Below are positions 48,848 through 57,650 of a DNA stretch of 64,000 nucleotides, piece after piece. A model generated the notes under the pieces. The model did not search any database. It had not been told where the DNA came from and saw only the letters and a program-made list of their open reading frames with translations. Origin of the DNA: a virus (taxonomy: Duplodnaviria; Caudoviricetes); IMG/VR virus record IMGVR_UViG_3300028833_000067, positions 96,001 through 160,000 of that record, one strand, 5' to 3'. Positions within the stretch are counted from its first letter, which is position 1. The number at the start of each line of letters is the position of its first letter. The translations under genes and the position numbers were made by a program.

Positions 48848-49453
48848 ATGAGTAGAGCAGAAGATGTAAGTAATTATCGTAGAAGAAGAAAACAAAATCT
48901 TATTGAGGTTTTGGGTGGAAAATGTTAGATATGTGGTTTTGATTTATTTGCAGATGCATTAGAATTTCATCATGAAGACCCGACTAAAAAAGATTATGGA
49001 ATTTCTTCAAAAGGGACTTGCCATGATATTGAAACTGACCTGAATGAAGTAAAAAAATGTTTTTTATTGTGTGCAAATTGTCATAGAGGAGTTCATAGTG
49101 GTTATTATGATGCTCCTACAGAACATATATTCAATAATGAATTAGCGCAAAGATTAATTAATGAACGCAATGATAAAATGACTGCTAAATTAAATTATTG
49201 TATTGATTGTCATTGTCAAATAGACTCTACAGCAACTCGCTGTCCAAGTTGTGCAGCAAAAGCCAGACGAGTTTGTGAAAGACCTTCACGAGAAGAATTA
49301 AAGAAATTAATTCGCACATTACCATTTACTCAAATTGGAGAACATTTTGGCGTTAGAGATAATACAATACGTAAATGGTGTGATAATATGAATTTACCAA
49401 AAACTAAAAAAGAAATTAATTCTTACTCTGATGAAGAATGGGAAAAAATTTAA
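48848..49453 (+). CDS. HNH endonuclease with C-terminal HTH (TAG-recoded)
   Basis: LGGKC(TAG)ICG...LEFHH.DP..K...LLCANCHR.VH; IG..FGV.DNTIRKW. Confidence 0.85.
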
Positions 49454-49504
49454 TTTTTGACTTTCTTACAAAAATATACTATAATATATTTGTAAGAAAG
49501 GTAT

Positions 49505-49622
49505 GGGAGATTCGCTAATCGGAATAGCACGCGGCTGGCCTGATACCAAAGAGATATAATAGGGGCAGGTCCTATATCAGACAATTAACCGCGCCAGAGA
49601 GGTTCAACTCCTCTATCTCCCG
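49505..49622 (+). tRNA. tRNA (probably Asn, GUU) with 47-nt insert in anticodon loop
   Basis: GGGAGAT/ATCTCCC, G73; CGCGG-CTG[insert]TTAA-CCGCG; T arm AGAGG-TTCAACT-CCTCT. Confidence 0.7.
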
Positions 49623-49717
49623 CTCGTGCTTTGATGACCAAATGTAGCTTGGCAGTAAATAAACATTAATGCAGATGTGGGGTTATGATGAAAGCCTTTA
49701 CCTTAAAAGGCTATTAT

Positions 49718-49792
49718 GCCCTATTGGACAATCGGTTAAGTCACGTGCCCTTCAAGCACGAGGGCCCGGATCATCCCCGGGATAGGGTACCA
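49718..49792 (+). tRNA. tRNA-Glu(UUC)
   Basis: Cloverleaf with CCA; atypical T loop ATCATCC. Confidence 0.8.
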
Positions 49793-50048
49793 TTCAACCA
49801 CATAAAGCCTGAATTGACAGGATATGACTGGCCAGTTGAGGTCTGGCGGCATACCCAGTGTGGACTTGTTGAAGCATTGGATATGTGTCTCGTGAGCGAT
49901 GACAGCCGTGGTGAGGCAACTATGCCAAAAGAGTGATACTAAAATAGTAAGTGTGTGGAAAGGATGGATTCCCACTAACCTACGGGTAGCGCCCGCTTAG
50001 TCATTTAGTAGCACACTATAATAAAAAGACAACGAAAGTAAGTGGGTC

Positions 50049-50113
50049 AGGCGCATACAGCAAATTCTTATAAGATATTGATAATATTTATGGCTACATT
50101 ATTTGCGCCTAGT
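50049..50113 (+). ncRNA. stem-CAGCA element C carrying Ile(GAT)-like anticodon arm
   Basis: AGGCGCA/TGCGCCT-AGT, CAGCAAA, AGATA-TTGATAA-TATTT. Confidence 0.6.
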
Positions 50114-50118
50114 ATTTT

Positions 50119-50635
50119 TGGTAGTATGCTAGAGCCATCGCGAGGAGAGTTATCTATAACATCCTACGTTCTACCATATGAGATGGCCACCGCCCCTGCG
50201 CTTCGGAAAGCGGTATATAAATTGGAGTAGGGCCACCCGCTATAGGGGATGGAGAAATATGTAGCTTGCGCTTTCGATGCACAGTGGCAGTAGCAAGTAA
50301 AAAATAGACCATCTGGCCGTGCAATAGAGCAGTAAAGTGTACGTTAAAGAATCGGATTCTGCTATGGGTTGTGTTTAATGAGCACGATCTTCGTATATAC
50401 TACGATCTCCAGTATGAGGAAAAACTACCGTTTGGATTGGTTGTAAGGCCATGGTCCACCCCTACGCCGGACACCGCTGAGACGTGCAGCAACCGCGCCG
50501 TAGATGAGTTTCTCTTGACTCTGGGATGTTCCCTAAATAAGAGCGGGATGAATATCCCGCAAATGGTCCCCGAGACAGTAAAGCTGGCGTTTCTAGAGCG
50601 CAAAGATAGTTCGCATACGGGGTTACATACTATCA
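50119..50635 (+). ncRNA. candidate large (~520 nt) structured RNA
   Basis: 10-bp long-range closing helix TGGTAGTATG/CATACTATCA; GC-rich; no RBS-led ORF. Confidence 0.5.
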
Positions 50636-50720
50636 TAAGTACAGGAGCGATGAGCAGTTATTTCGCTTAATATTCGACTAGACCATGGACGCATGGCGGA
50701 CAAATCCTGTATTTTTCTAT

Positions 50721-50803
50721 GCCCAAGTGGCGTAACGGCAGCCGCCAGGGACTTAAAATCCCTTGCTCGTATGAGCGTGCCGGTTCGAATCCGGCCTTGG
50801 GCA
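50721..50803 (+). tRNA. tRNA-Leu(UAA)
   Basis: Class II cloverleaf with long variable arm. Confidence 0.9.
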
Positions 50804-50905
50804 CTTTCCATTAGGTGGAGCTTGGAACCTACCGCCTTTTGGCTGTGATGTACGGGACGTCATAATTTGGCGTCCCTATTTTTAAATCAAAAAGGAGGAA
50901 TTTTT

Positions 50906-51280
50906 ATGAAGAAATTTATCGCACTACTAATAACTTTTATGCTATGTTTTTCTTTAACTTATGCAGAATAGACTGAAGACGTAATAAGTAAACCGCATTC
51001 TGAAACCGTAACAGTTCTGGCACCAAAAGGTGATTGGAGCGTAACCATCACTTCATCCTTAGATGGAAAAGAAAGTGTTATATCTGGTACAGAAGTAACT
51101 TTAACTGCGCACTTTTCTGGCAAGCGTGAAGGCGATACTTTACAGTATATTTGGCAAGAGCGCAAGAGTGAAAACGATAAGTGGAAGGAAATTGGTACAG
51201 ATTCTACCGAATATAAATTTAATATTACAGCTGAAAATGTAACACATCAATGGCGAGTAATAGTTCGTGTGACTTGGTAA
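50906..51280 (+). CDS. secreted Ig-like domain protein
   Basis: Signal peptide MKKFIALL..; VTLTA...LQYIWQ...W.EI...WRVIV. Confidence 0.7.
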
Positions 51281-51293
51281 GGAAGGTGGGAGT

Positions 51294-52607
51294 ATGAAGA
51301 AACTCATAGCATTCCTTTTATGCTTCCTACTAGGCTCCGTAAGCTATGCAGAAGAGTTAATTACTTCTGAATTATTTTTTACTAATATACATATAATTCC
51401 AACATCGAATTATGTAGTAAAATAGTCTAATTTAAATGATTTTAGTATAGTAGCGTTACAAGATGCTACTATACAAGGTCATATTCGTGGCTCTCTTTGG
51501 GTTGGGGGAACTTTAAGAAGTGCTGATTGGATATTTGTAGATGATGGGTCTATCAATCATTCAGGCGCGAAAACCAGTTATATTTATAACAATGAGTCCT
51601 CAATCCAATTTAAAAGTAGAACTAGCGAGCAGAGTAAATACGCATATAATGGATTAACAGATGAGGCGGTACATAAGACTACTAATTATTGGATAAATAT
51701 ACTTGATAAATTAAAAGAGAGTAATTGTGTTTATATTGAGCCAGATAGTAATGGACATGCTGATATTGTAGGTTGGTCGACGCCTGGTATTACGCAATAT
51801 CAGGCGCAGGGAAATGATGAAACAAAACAATCAAGTAATATTGTATATTGGACTGATGCTACATCAGTAACAATTGCAGGAATTATTGGGTTCGTTATAG
51901 CGCCAAAAGCAAATATAATAATACAATCTTCTAATAATAGAATTTCTGTAGTAGGTAAGACAGTAACAGTTAATTGGGCGGAATTACATGTAAATTATGG
52001 TATTCCTAATATTCCTACCCCAACTCCGTCTCCTACTCCAACTCTATCTCCTACCCCGACTCCAACTACAACTGCAACGCCTACTGCAACACCTACTTAG
52101 ACATTTACTCCAACGCCTAAAATAACTAATAGTCCATCGCCAACTCCTACTAATAAAATACCAAGCCCAATATTAACTCCAGTTATTACAATAGTAACAA
52201 TTGTTACTTATACTCCATAGCCTAAAATTACTCCAACACCTACTACAACTTTAGTTAAAACAAATACACCACGACCAAGTTTAATTCCATTAACTCCAAC
52301 TCCAACCCCAACTCCTAAAATTACTATAACTCCAACACCAACCCATACATCAACTCCTAAGATTACAAATACTCCATCTAATACTCCTATTATAACACCC
52401 AAACCAACCCCAACTTTTACCCCAAAAAAGACTCCATCTACACCTACTATTATACCTACTTCTACTCCTACCCCTACTATAACGCCTACTATTGATCCAA
52501 AACGGATTCCAAAAAGACCTGGCATACCAATTCATATTATTAATGAATATGATACGCCACTAGGTTTAGAAATTATAATAAATCATGTAGGAGATTGTTT
52601 TGATTAA
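51294..52607 (+). CDS. secreted protein with choice-of-anchor-A-like domain, Pro/Thr-rich stalk and C-terminal [15 protein letters not shown] motif
   Basis: Signal peptide; [18 protein letters not shown]; (TP)n region 52015-52500. Confidence 0.75.
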
Positions 52608-52888
52608 TGTATTTTATTATTCATACTTTGCTTGAAACAGATATAGGCTTAATTTTAGTAGGGCTTTTAATATTTATAGGACTAGTAGTAGAATTTTTAG
52701 ATAACAATAATAATAGACCACAATTTTAATATTTGACTTATAATAAAAATTTTGTTATAATATTTATGTTGAAAGGGAAACTGAGTAAAAGTCCTTTACA
52801 GTTTGGCGCCATCCCAGTTAGGACTCTAAACTGAACTGTTGTAAGACCGCCGCCCAGCTTAGGGGATGTAAAATATACTAAGCAATAT

Positions 52889-52961
52889 GCTTCCATAGCT
52901 CAACTGGCAGAGCAATACTCTTGTAAAGTATAGGTTGTAAGTTCGATTCTTACTGGGAGCT
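52889..52961 (+). tRNA. tRNA-Thr(UGU)
   Basis: Canonical cloverleaf. Confidence 0.9.
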
Positions 52962-53213
52962 CTATACCAACGGACAAGGCTTTGGCGCATGACAATATCA
53001 GCGAAGAGGGAGCGTAAGCGTTATTAACCTATAAGTGATATTGAACAGGGCGGTGGGACGCGAGTGGTTGGTAATTTATAGCAGAAGGCGCGGCAGTATA
53101 GCACCCTGAAAGGACAAAACCATTACAATATTCTGCTTATTATATGGAACTAATCTATCCGGAGTTCCTGCGGTTCAAGGATAGGGTTTGCGGCACCTTA
53201 GACCGCATCATAT

Positions 53214-53287
53214 GCCTCTCTAATCCAACTGGAAGAGATAGCACGCTTAGAACGTGTACAGTGTAAGTTCAAATCTTACGAGAGGTA
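53214..53287 (+). tRNA. tRNA-Leu(UAG), short variable loop
   Basis: GCACG-CTTAGAA-CGTGT, A73. Confidence 0.8.
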
Positions 53288-53507
53288 CGATTGTTGTTCA
53301 GCTGACAACCCAGTGGATGGATTTGACGCATCCCGTGCTACTACTGCGAGAGGGTTCACGCCTAGGCTTTGCATGCGGACCACGGCCCATGAAGGTAGCA
53401 CATTATATCATCTCTCTTGGCGTATGGCAAGACCGAAAGGATAGAAGCTTGGGTTGGTACCAGATTCCGTTATAACAAGAGCCCACGGGAAAGAGATGGT
53501 AATATTA

Positions 53508-53580
53508 CTCTCCGTAAGCTAACTGGATAAACTCCAACGCTACGAACGTTGCATTGAAGGATCGTACCCTTCCGGGGAGA
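53508..53580 (+). tRNA. tRNA-Arg(ACG)
   Basis: CAACG-CTACGAA-CGTTG; T loop ATCGTAC. Confidence 0.8.
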
Positions 53581-53623
53581 CTTCGCGCGAAAAGCGCAAA
53601 TTCATTTTGGAGGTACCTATAAT

Positions 53624-54163
53624 ATGAATGAACCAAGACTAAAGATTCTTCCCCCATGGACGATTCTAGTAAGGAAGCTAGAGGCTCTATTTGATGGTGA
53701 CCCTCAGATTGCTTTCAATGTTGACTTTAGCGGCGAGCATCCATCTGTTGTTCTTTCCTGTAATAATGGAGACAAAGTTGCTGCACTAATGCAGATTCTA
53801 CCTGAAGAAATTAACTTTGGCAATGTTACATTAAAGGTAATGGTTGATGGCACGCCTAGCAATCGCGCCTTTAAGAGCAAGGTTGAACTATTTAGTACTG
53901 CTTTTGCTAAGAATCCTGCCTATGCGTATTCTGTATGCCCCGCAGAAGAGGGCTATCAGTGGATTGGTACTACTTATGTTGTATTTAATAATTGTGTAGT
54001 ACAGTTCGCGGCTGATAATCTAAATGACTGTCATGGAGTAATTAGTACTCTATATGAGACAATTGCCAGCGAGCTTCTAACTGGACCCGCAACTGAAGGT
54101 GTATTCTTTAATACTAATGTTGAACGCGCGGGACTTGGGATGCCGCTTGGGGAGTGGCCGTAA
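53624..54163 (+). CDS. hypothetical phage protein
   Basis: GGAGG RBS, 179 aa, no TAG. Confidence 0.75.
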   Translation: MNEPRLKILPPWTILVRKLEALFDGDPQIAFNVDFSGEHPSVVLSCNNGDKVAALMQILPEEINFGNVTLKVMVDGTPSNRAFKSKVELFSTAFAKNPAYAYSVCPAEEGYQWIGTTYVVFNNCVVQFAADNLNDCHGVISTLYETIASELLTGPATEGVFFNTNVERAGLGMPLGEWP

Positions 54164-54456
54164 TTTAATATTTTGAGAATAGGTGCTTTCGTAACGAATC
54201 AAGGATATGGTAAGAGTGCAGTTTGACGAGCTGTACCAAAAGACTTGGGCGCCAAAAGGCAGAAGTTAAATGGTATTGAAAACCAGCCTATTCCGCCGAG
54301 ATGTCGGTAGTAGCAAATATTCATACGCGAGTAAATGCAAACATCATAAATCCTACAATAGCCAGCGATAGCATGGACGCTATGGACGCCCTTTAAAGTT
54401 GTTCGCGGTAGTGAGAATAACCTTCGCCGTGGCGAAGTAAAAGAGCCACGGAATAT

Positions 54457-54529
54457 GCGCCATTAGCTCATCTGGTAGAGCACAGCACTTTTAATGCTGG
54501 CGTGCGGAGTCCGAGTCTCCGATGGCGCA
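54457..54529 (+). tRNA. tRNA-Lys(UUU)
   Basis: Canonical cloverleaf. Confidence 0.9.
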
Positions 54530-54596
54530 CTAATAATTGACATTAAATAAAATTTATAGTATAATTATTTCAGTAAGAAGGAAAGGAAGTAAGAAT

Positions 54597-54827
54597 ATGA
54601 GAGATCCAAATCGTATTGATAGGTTTTGTGATGAGCTTAAAGCGATTTGGCATCAAGTGCCAGATTGGCGCTTTGGGCAACTCATGGAAAATATGCTTAG
54701 TGCAAGGCTACAAGCAGTACAAAATCCCAATGGTTTCTTTTATACTGAAGATGAAGAATTGTTTGCCTTCTTTGAAAGCTATATAAAAGAAATTGTAAAA
54801 GATGGCAGACAAAATAAAGATTGGTAA
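54597..54827 (+). CDS. hypothetical phage protein (MRDP.RI..PDWRFGQL family)
   Basis: Motif common in phages. Confidence 0.7.
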   Translation: MRDPNRIDRFCDELKAIWHQVPDWRFGQLMENMLSARLQAVQNPNGFFYTEDEELFAFFESYIKEIVKDGRQNKDW

Positions 54828-55033
54828 TAACTAATCCACCTGACATGGCTGTGACTACAAGGCGCGGAAAGGTGGCGGCAATCTCTAGCCCAAGCAAGTT
54901 GAAACGATATACACCCTTGGGATGAAAGCTCAACACAGAGCAGAGCGAGATATAACGTGAGTTTTATATACATATGTATGTAGTCGGTCTCCCTGTGGCC
55001 CGTTACGTTATAGGTTGGCACAGGGGAAGCTTC

Positions 55034-55110
55034 CGGGCATTGGCGCAATCGGTTAGCGCGCAGACCTGATAAGTCTGAGGTTTCTGGTTCGATTCCAGAA
55101 TGCCCGACCA
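55034..55110 (+). tRNA. tRNA-Ile(GAU)
   Basis: Canonical cloverleaf with CCA. Confidence 0.92.
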
Positions 55111-55200
55111 CCGAGGCGGGAAGCTCAAAGATACGTGGATGGCCAACACGGTCGTGCGAGTAAAATCCAGCGCAAATAGCCCGTAGGATCCTCGGGCCAT

Positions 55201-55346
55201 AGGAGAATCATATAACGGTAGTATGGCGGTCTCCGGGGCGATAGTGTAAAGAACACACTAGGAAAGCAAGGACCTAGTAATTGAAGGGCAGTACTGAGGC
55301 GCTCCACCAAAAACCGTTCGTCCTGGTTCAAATCCAGGCTCTCTTG
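55201..55346 (+). tRNA. tRNA-Trp(CCA) split by a nested 75-nt tRNA-Ala-like insert (55235-55309)
   Basis: GCGGT-CTCC[insert]AAA-ACCGT, T arm CCTGG-TTCAAAT-CCAGG, G73; insert GGGGCG...CGCTCC-ACCA. Confidence 0.75.
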
Positions 55347-55350
55347 CTTA

Positions 55351-55416
55351 AAGACTCGTCAGCAACATTTTTCAAGCATCTAATTGTTAATTTGACTAGC
55401 TATAAACGAGTCTTGT
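55351..55416 (+). ncRNA. stem-CAGCA element D carrying Asn(GTT)-like anticodon arm
   Basis: AAGACTCGT/ACGAGTCTT-GT, CAGCAA, AGCA-TCTAA-TTGTTAA-TTTGA. Confidence 0.6.
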
Positions 55417-55421
55417 TTTAT

Positions 55422-55495
55422 ACCCTACTACCCCAATTGGCAGAGGGAACTGACTCAAAATCAGTAAAGTCTCGGTCCGAATCCGAGGTGGGGTA
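55422..55495 (+). tRNA. tRNA-Leu(CAA), short variable loop
   Basis: ACTGA-CTCAAAA-TCAGT, A73. Confidence 0.8.
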
Positions 55496-55895
55496 CTATT
55501 TAAACCGAGTGTCTGGGGCCTTCTTCGCTCTTTTCCCAGCCGAAACGCACAAAGACTCCTGCGTCTGAGCGAGGCGGAAGTGGAGTTGCCGGGTTTACAT
55601 CCCTGCGGTTTACCGGCTATTTTATACTTATCTGATTTAAGCCCAGTATACTAAAGCGATATAACTTTTATGGGCTTCGTGCAATAAGATAAGTATTGCG
55701 CCAAGAGATTTAAAGGTTATGCATTGAGGCGCGCTGAGCGAGCTCCAGCTCACATTATTAAACAATTTATTGGAGCATGATTGGTGAATAGAGTGCGATC
55801 GGTAACACTGTAAATAATTCCGGAAGTAATAGCACAGGTTAGAGTCGCCGGACCTCTGTTAATTGGGGCGAAAACACCATCCAAAGTGCTGTTAT

Positions 55896-55966
55896 GGGGA
55901 TATAGTATAACAGTAAAACAGTAGCTTTGCAAGCTTCAGACCGGGGAGCGTCACCCCGTATCTCCA
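55896..55966 (+). tRNA. tRNA-Ala(UGC)
   Basis: G3.U70 pair, loop TT-TGC-AA; T loop AGCGTCA. Confidence 0.85.
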
Positions 55967-55987
55967 CTTCATTTAGGAGGACTATAT

Positions 55988-56284
55988 ATGAAATATAAAG
56001 TAATTACATTATGTGGTTCAACGCGCTTTAAGGAAGATTTTGAACGTATTAATCGAGAACTTACACTTTAGGGCAATATAGTAATTAGTGTTGGTTGTTT
56101 TGGCCATGCCGGAGATGTATTTACAGAAGAGTAGAAAGAAATGCTCGATGATATCCATAAGCGTAAGATTGATATGGCTGATGAGATCTTCGTTATTAAT
56201 AAAGGTAAATATATTGGCACAAGTACCCGTAATGAAATTGAATATGCAATTTTGCATGATAAACCAGTGAGGTATATGGAATAA
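55988..56284 (+). CDS. DUF4406 / nucleoside 2-deoxyribosyltransferase-like protein (TAG-recoded)
   Basis: VITLCGSTRFK...H.RKIDMADEIFVIN..YIG.ST..EIEYA. Confidence 0.75.
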
Positions 56285-56309
56285 TTTATATCAGATGGAG
56301 TTGATGTGT

Positions 56310-56615
56310 ATGCGTAATCGTGCAGAAAAGCGTCATAATGATTGGAAAAAGGCTATTCGTAAGCGTCGTATTGATCGAGAAACGCAAGGTACTTCTTTAT
56401 TTTCCCATGATACTTTTGAATATTTACATCAATATTCTAAAGGGCATTGGGCTTGTGGTTGTGGCATGTGTAAACGATATAATAAGACCAATAATCGTGG
56501 ACGGAAACGGAAAATTCATGGTAATTATGCGCCATCTAAAAATTGGTCAGTACAAGATGAACGCCGTATCGAAGAAATGGAAGATCAAATACTTGACAAT
56601 GAACAAGATTTCTGA
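56310..56615 (+). CDS. basic hypothetical protein (C-x-C-x-x-C)
   Basis: R.RAEKRH..WKKAIRKR...CGCGMC. Confidence 0.65.
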   Translation: MRNRAEKRHNDWKKAIRKRRIDRETQGTSLFSHDTFEYLHQYSKGHWACGCGMCKRYNKTNNRGRKRKIHGNYAPSKNWSVQDERRIEEMEDQILDNEQDF

Positions 56616-56730
56616 TATAATTATTATAGAAAAAGGGAGATAAGATATACATAAGAGGCAACTTGATAGAGTTTGTTGCAAAACATTAAATAGTAAACAT
56701 CTCCTTTCTCGCGGCGAAAGCCGCATTTAT

Positions 56731-56805
56731 CGGGGCGTAGCTCAGTTTGGCTAGAGCGGGTGGTTTGGGACCATCAGGTCGCGTGTTCGAATCGCGTCGC
56801 CCCGA
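56731..56805 (+). tRNA. tRNA-Pro(UGG)
   Basis: Canonical cloverleaf. Confidence 0.92.
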
Positions 56806-56809
56806 CTTA

Positions 56810-56875
56810 TAGGCCATTACAGCATAATCATATTTAAATGGAAAGAATAATTGCATATTATTAAAATGGCCTAGT
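56810..56875 (+). ncRNA. stem-CAGCA element E carrying Cys(GCA)-like anticodon arm
   Basis: TAGGCCATT/AATGGCCTA-GT, CAGCA, AATAA-TTGCATA-TTATT. Confidence 0.6.
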
Positions 56876-56991
56876 ATTTAAATATTCGCGCTTCGGCGTA
56901 AATAGATTACCGCGTTGGGATCCGTATAGGTGAAAAGCCCTATTTGAAAGAGGCGGAGTAGTATCCGCAACTCTTCCGCGGCGTTTTTAAT

Positions 56992-57142
56992 TTAGAACTG
57001 TAGGCTTAGAAGCAGCCATCAGCTAAAGAGTTTTCTTTTCTCCATGCGTGCGAAATGTATTATGGGCTTACAATTATTTGTCCTATAAGTATGATGTGCG
57101 GTGGGTAATAGAAAAAGAAATTTGGCGTAATAGCACATCTAA
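56992..57142 (+). ncRNA. 23S rRNA uL11-binding domain (H43-H44, GTPase-associated centre) mimic with ~90-nt insertion
   Basis: TGTAGGCTTAGAAGCAGCCATC..TAAAGAG[insert]GCGTAATAGC, closed by TTAGA/TCTAA. Confidence 0.8.
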
Positions 57143-57157
57143 TTTTAAGGAGTATTT

Positions 57158-57334
57158 ATGGAAGATAAACTACATGAAGTTTATAATTGTCTAAAAGTGA
57201 TAGATATGATGCTTTATAAACATGCTTATGAACCAGAAACGGTAAAAGGATTTGAATCTACCTCTGATATGGCTAAATACTATAGAGAATTTCTTCATGT
57301 TATTCTTCCAGAGGAATATCAATATCAAAAATGA
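57158..57334 (+). CDS. small hypothetical protein
   Basis: AAGGAG RBS. Confidence 0.45.
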   Translation: MEDKLHEVYNCLKVIDMMLYKHAYEPETVKGFESTSDMAKYYREFLHVILPEEYQYQK

Positions 57335-57417
57335 CACTATGGCGGAATGGTAACGCACCAGATTGCTAATCTGCGGTTACTTAAAAGGGTATGCACGTTC
57401 GAGCCGTGCTAGTGTCG
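57333..57417 (+). tRNA. tRNA-Ser(GCU)
   Basis: Class II cloverleaf, G73. Confidence 0.85.
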
Positions 57418-57420
57418 CTT

Positions 57421-57567
57421 TGCGGTGGCGGAAAAGGTGTAGACGCTAAACATTCATTAGGGTCCGCAGTGGTTCGATTCCACCTACTCTAATTATGCGG
57501 TGGAGCAACAGAGTAAGAATGTGTAGGCATGAACGGATCTATGTGAGGTGCAAATCCTCACCCGCAT
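57421..57567 (+). ncRNA. class II tRNA-like gene with large insert in the anticodon arm
   Basis: Leu/Tyr-type D arm GCGGAA..GG..AGACGC, T arm GTGAGG-TGCAAAT-CCTCAC, internal second T arm GTGG-TTCGATT-CCAC. Confidence 0.5.
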
Positions 57568-57579
57568 TTTATCTAGTAT

Positions 57580-57650
57580 TGGGGTGTAGCCAAGCGGCAA
57601 GGCACAGGACTTTGACTCCTGCATCGTTGGTTCAAATCCAACCACCCCAG
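57580..57650 (+). tRNA. tRNA-Gln(UUG)
   Basis: U1-A72, G73, loop CT-TTG-AC. Confidence 0.92.

Noticed and set aside
52015-52525. Tandem repeat/CRISPR or minus-strand Gly-Val protein
   Set aside because: Degenerate ACN-CCN codons of a Thr-Pro stalk; no identical repeats with spacers seen in the window
55235-55309. tmRNA
   Set aside because: Has tmRNA/Ala-like ends but is only 75 nt with no tag reading frame or pseudoknots
45081-55932. Track ORFs within the ncRNA island (e.g. 45081, 46305, 46341, 49685, 50042, 50371, 53254, 55281, 54779 minus)
   Set aside because: They overlap tRNAs or structured RNA, lack an RBS and have non-protein-like composition
56992-57142. Genuine 23S rRNA gene or fragment
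   Set aside because: Only the H43-H44 motifs match, the closing stem is different but still pairs, and a large insertion splits the match
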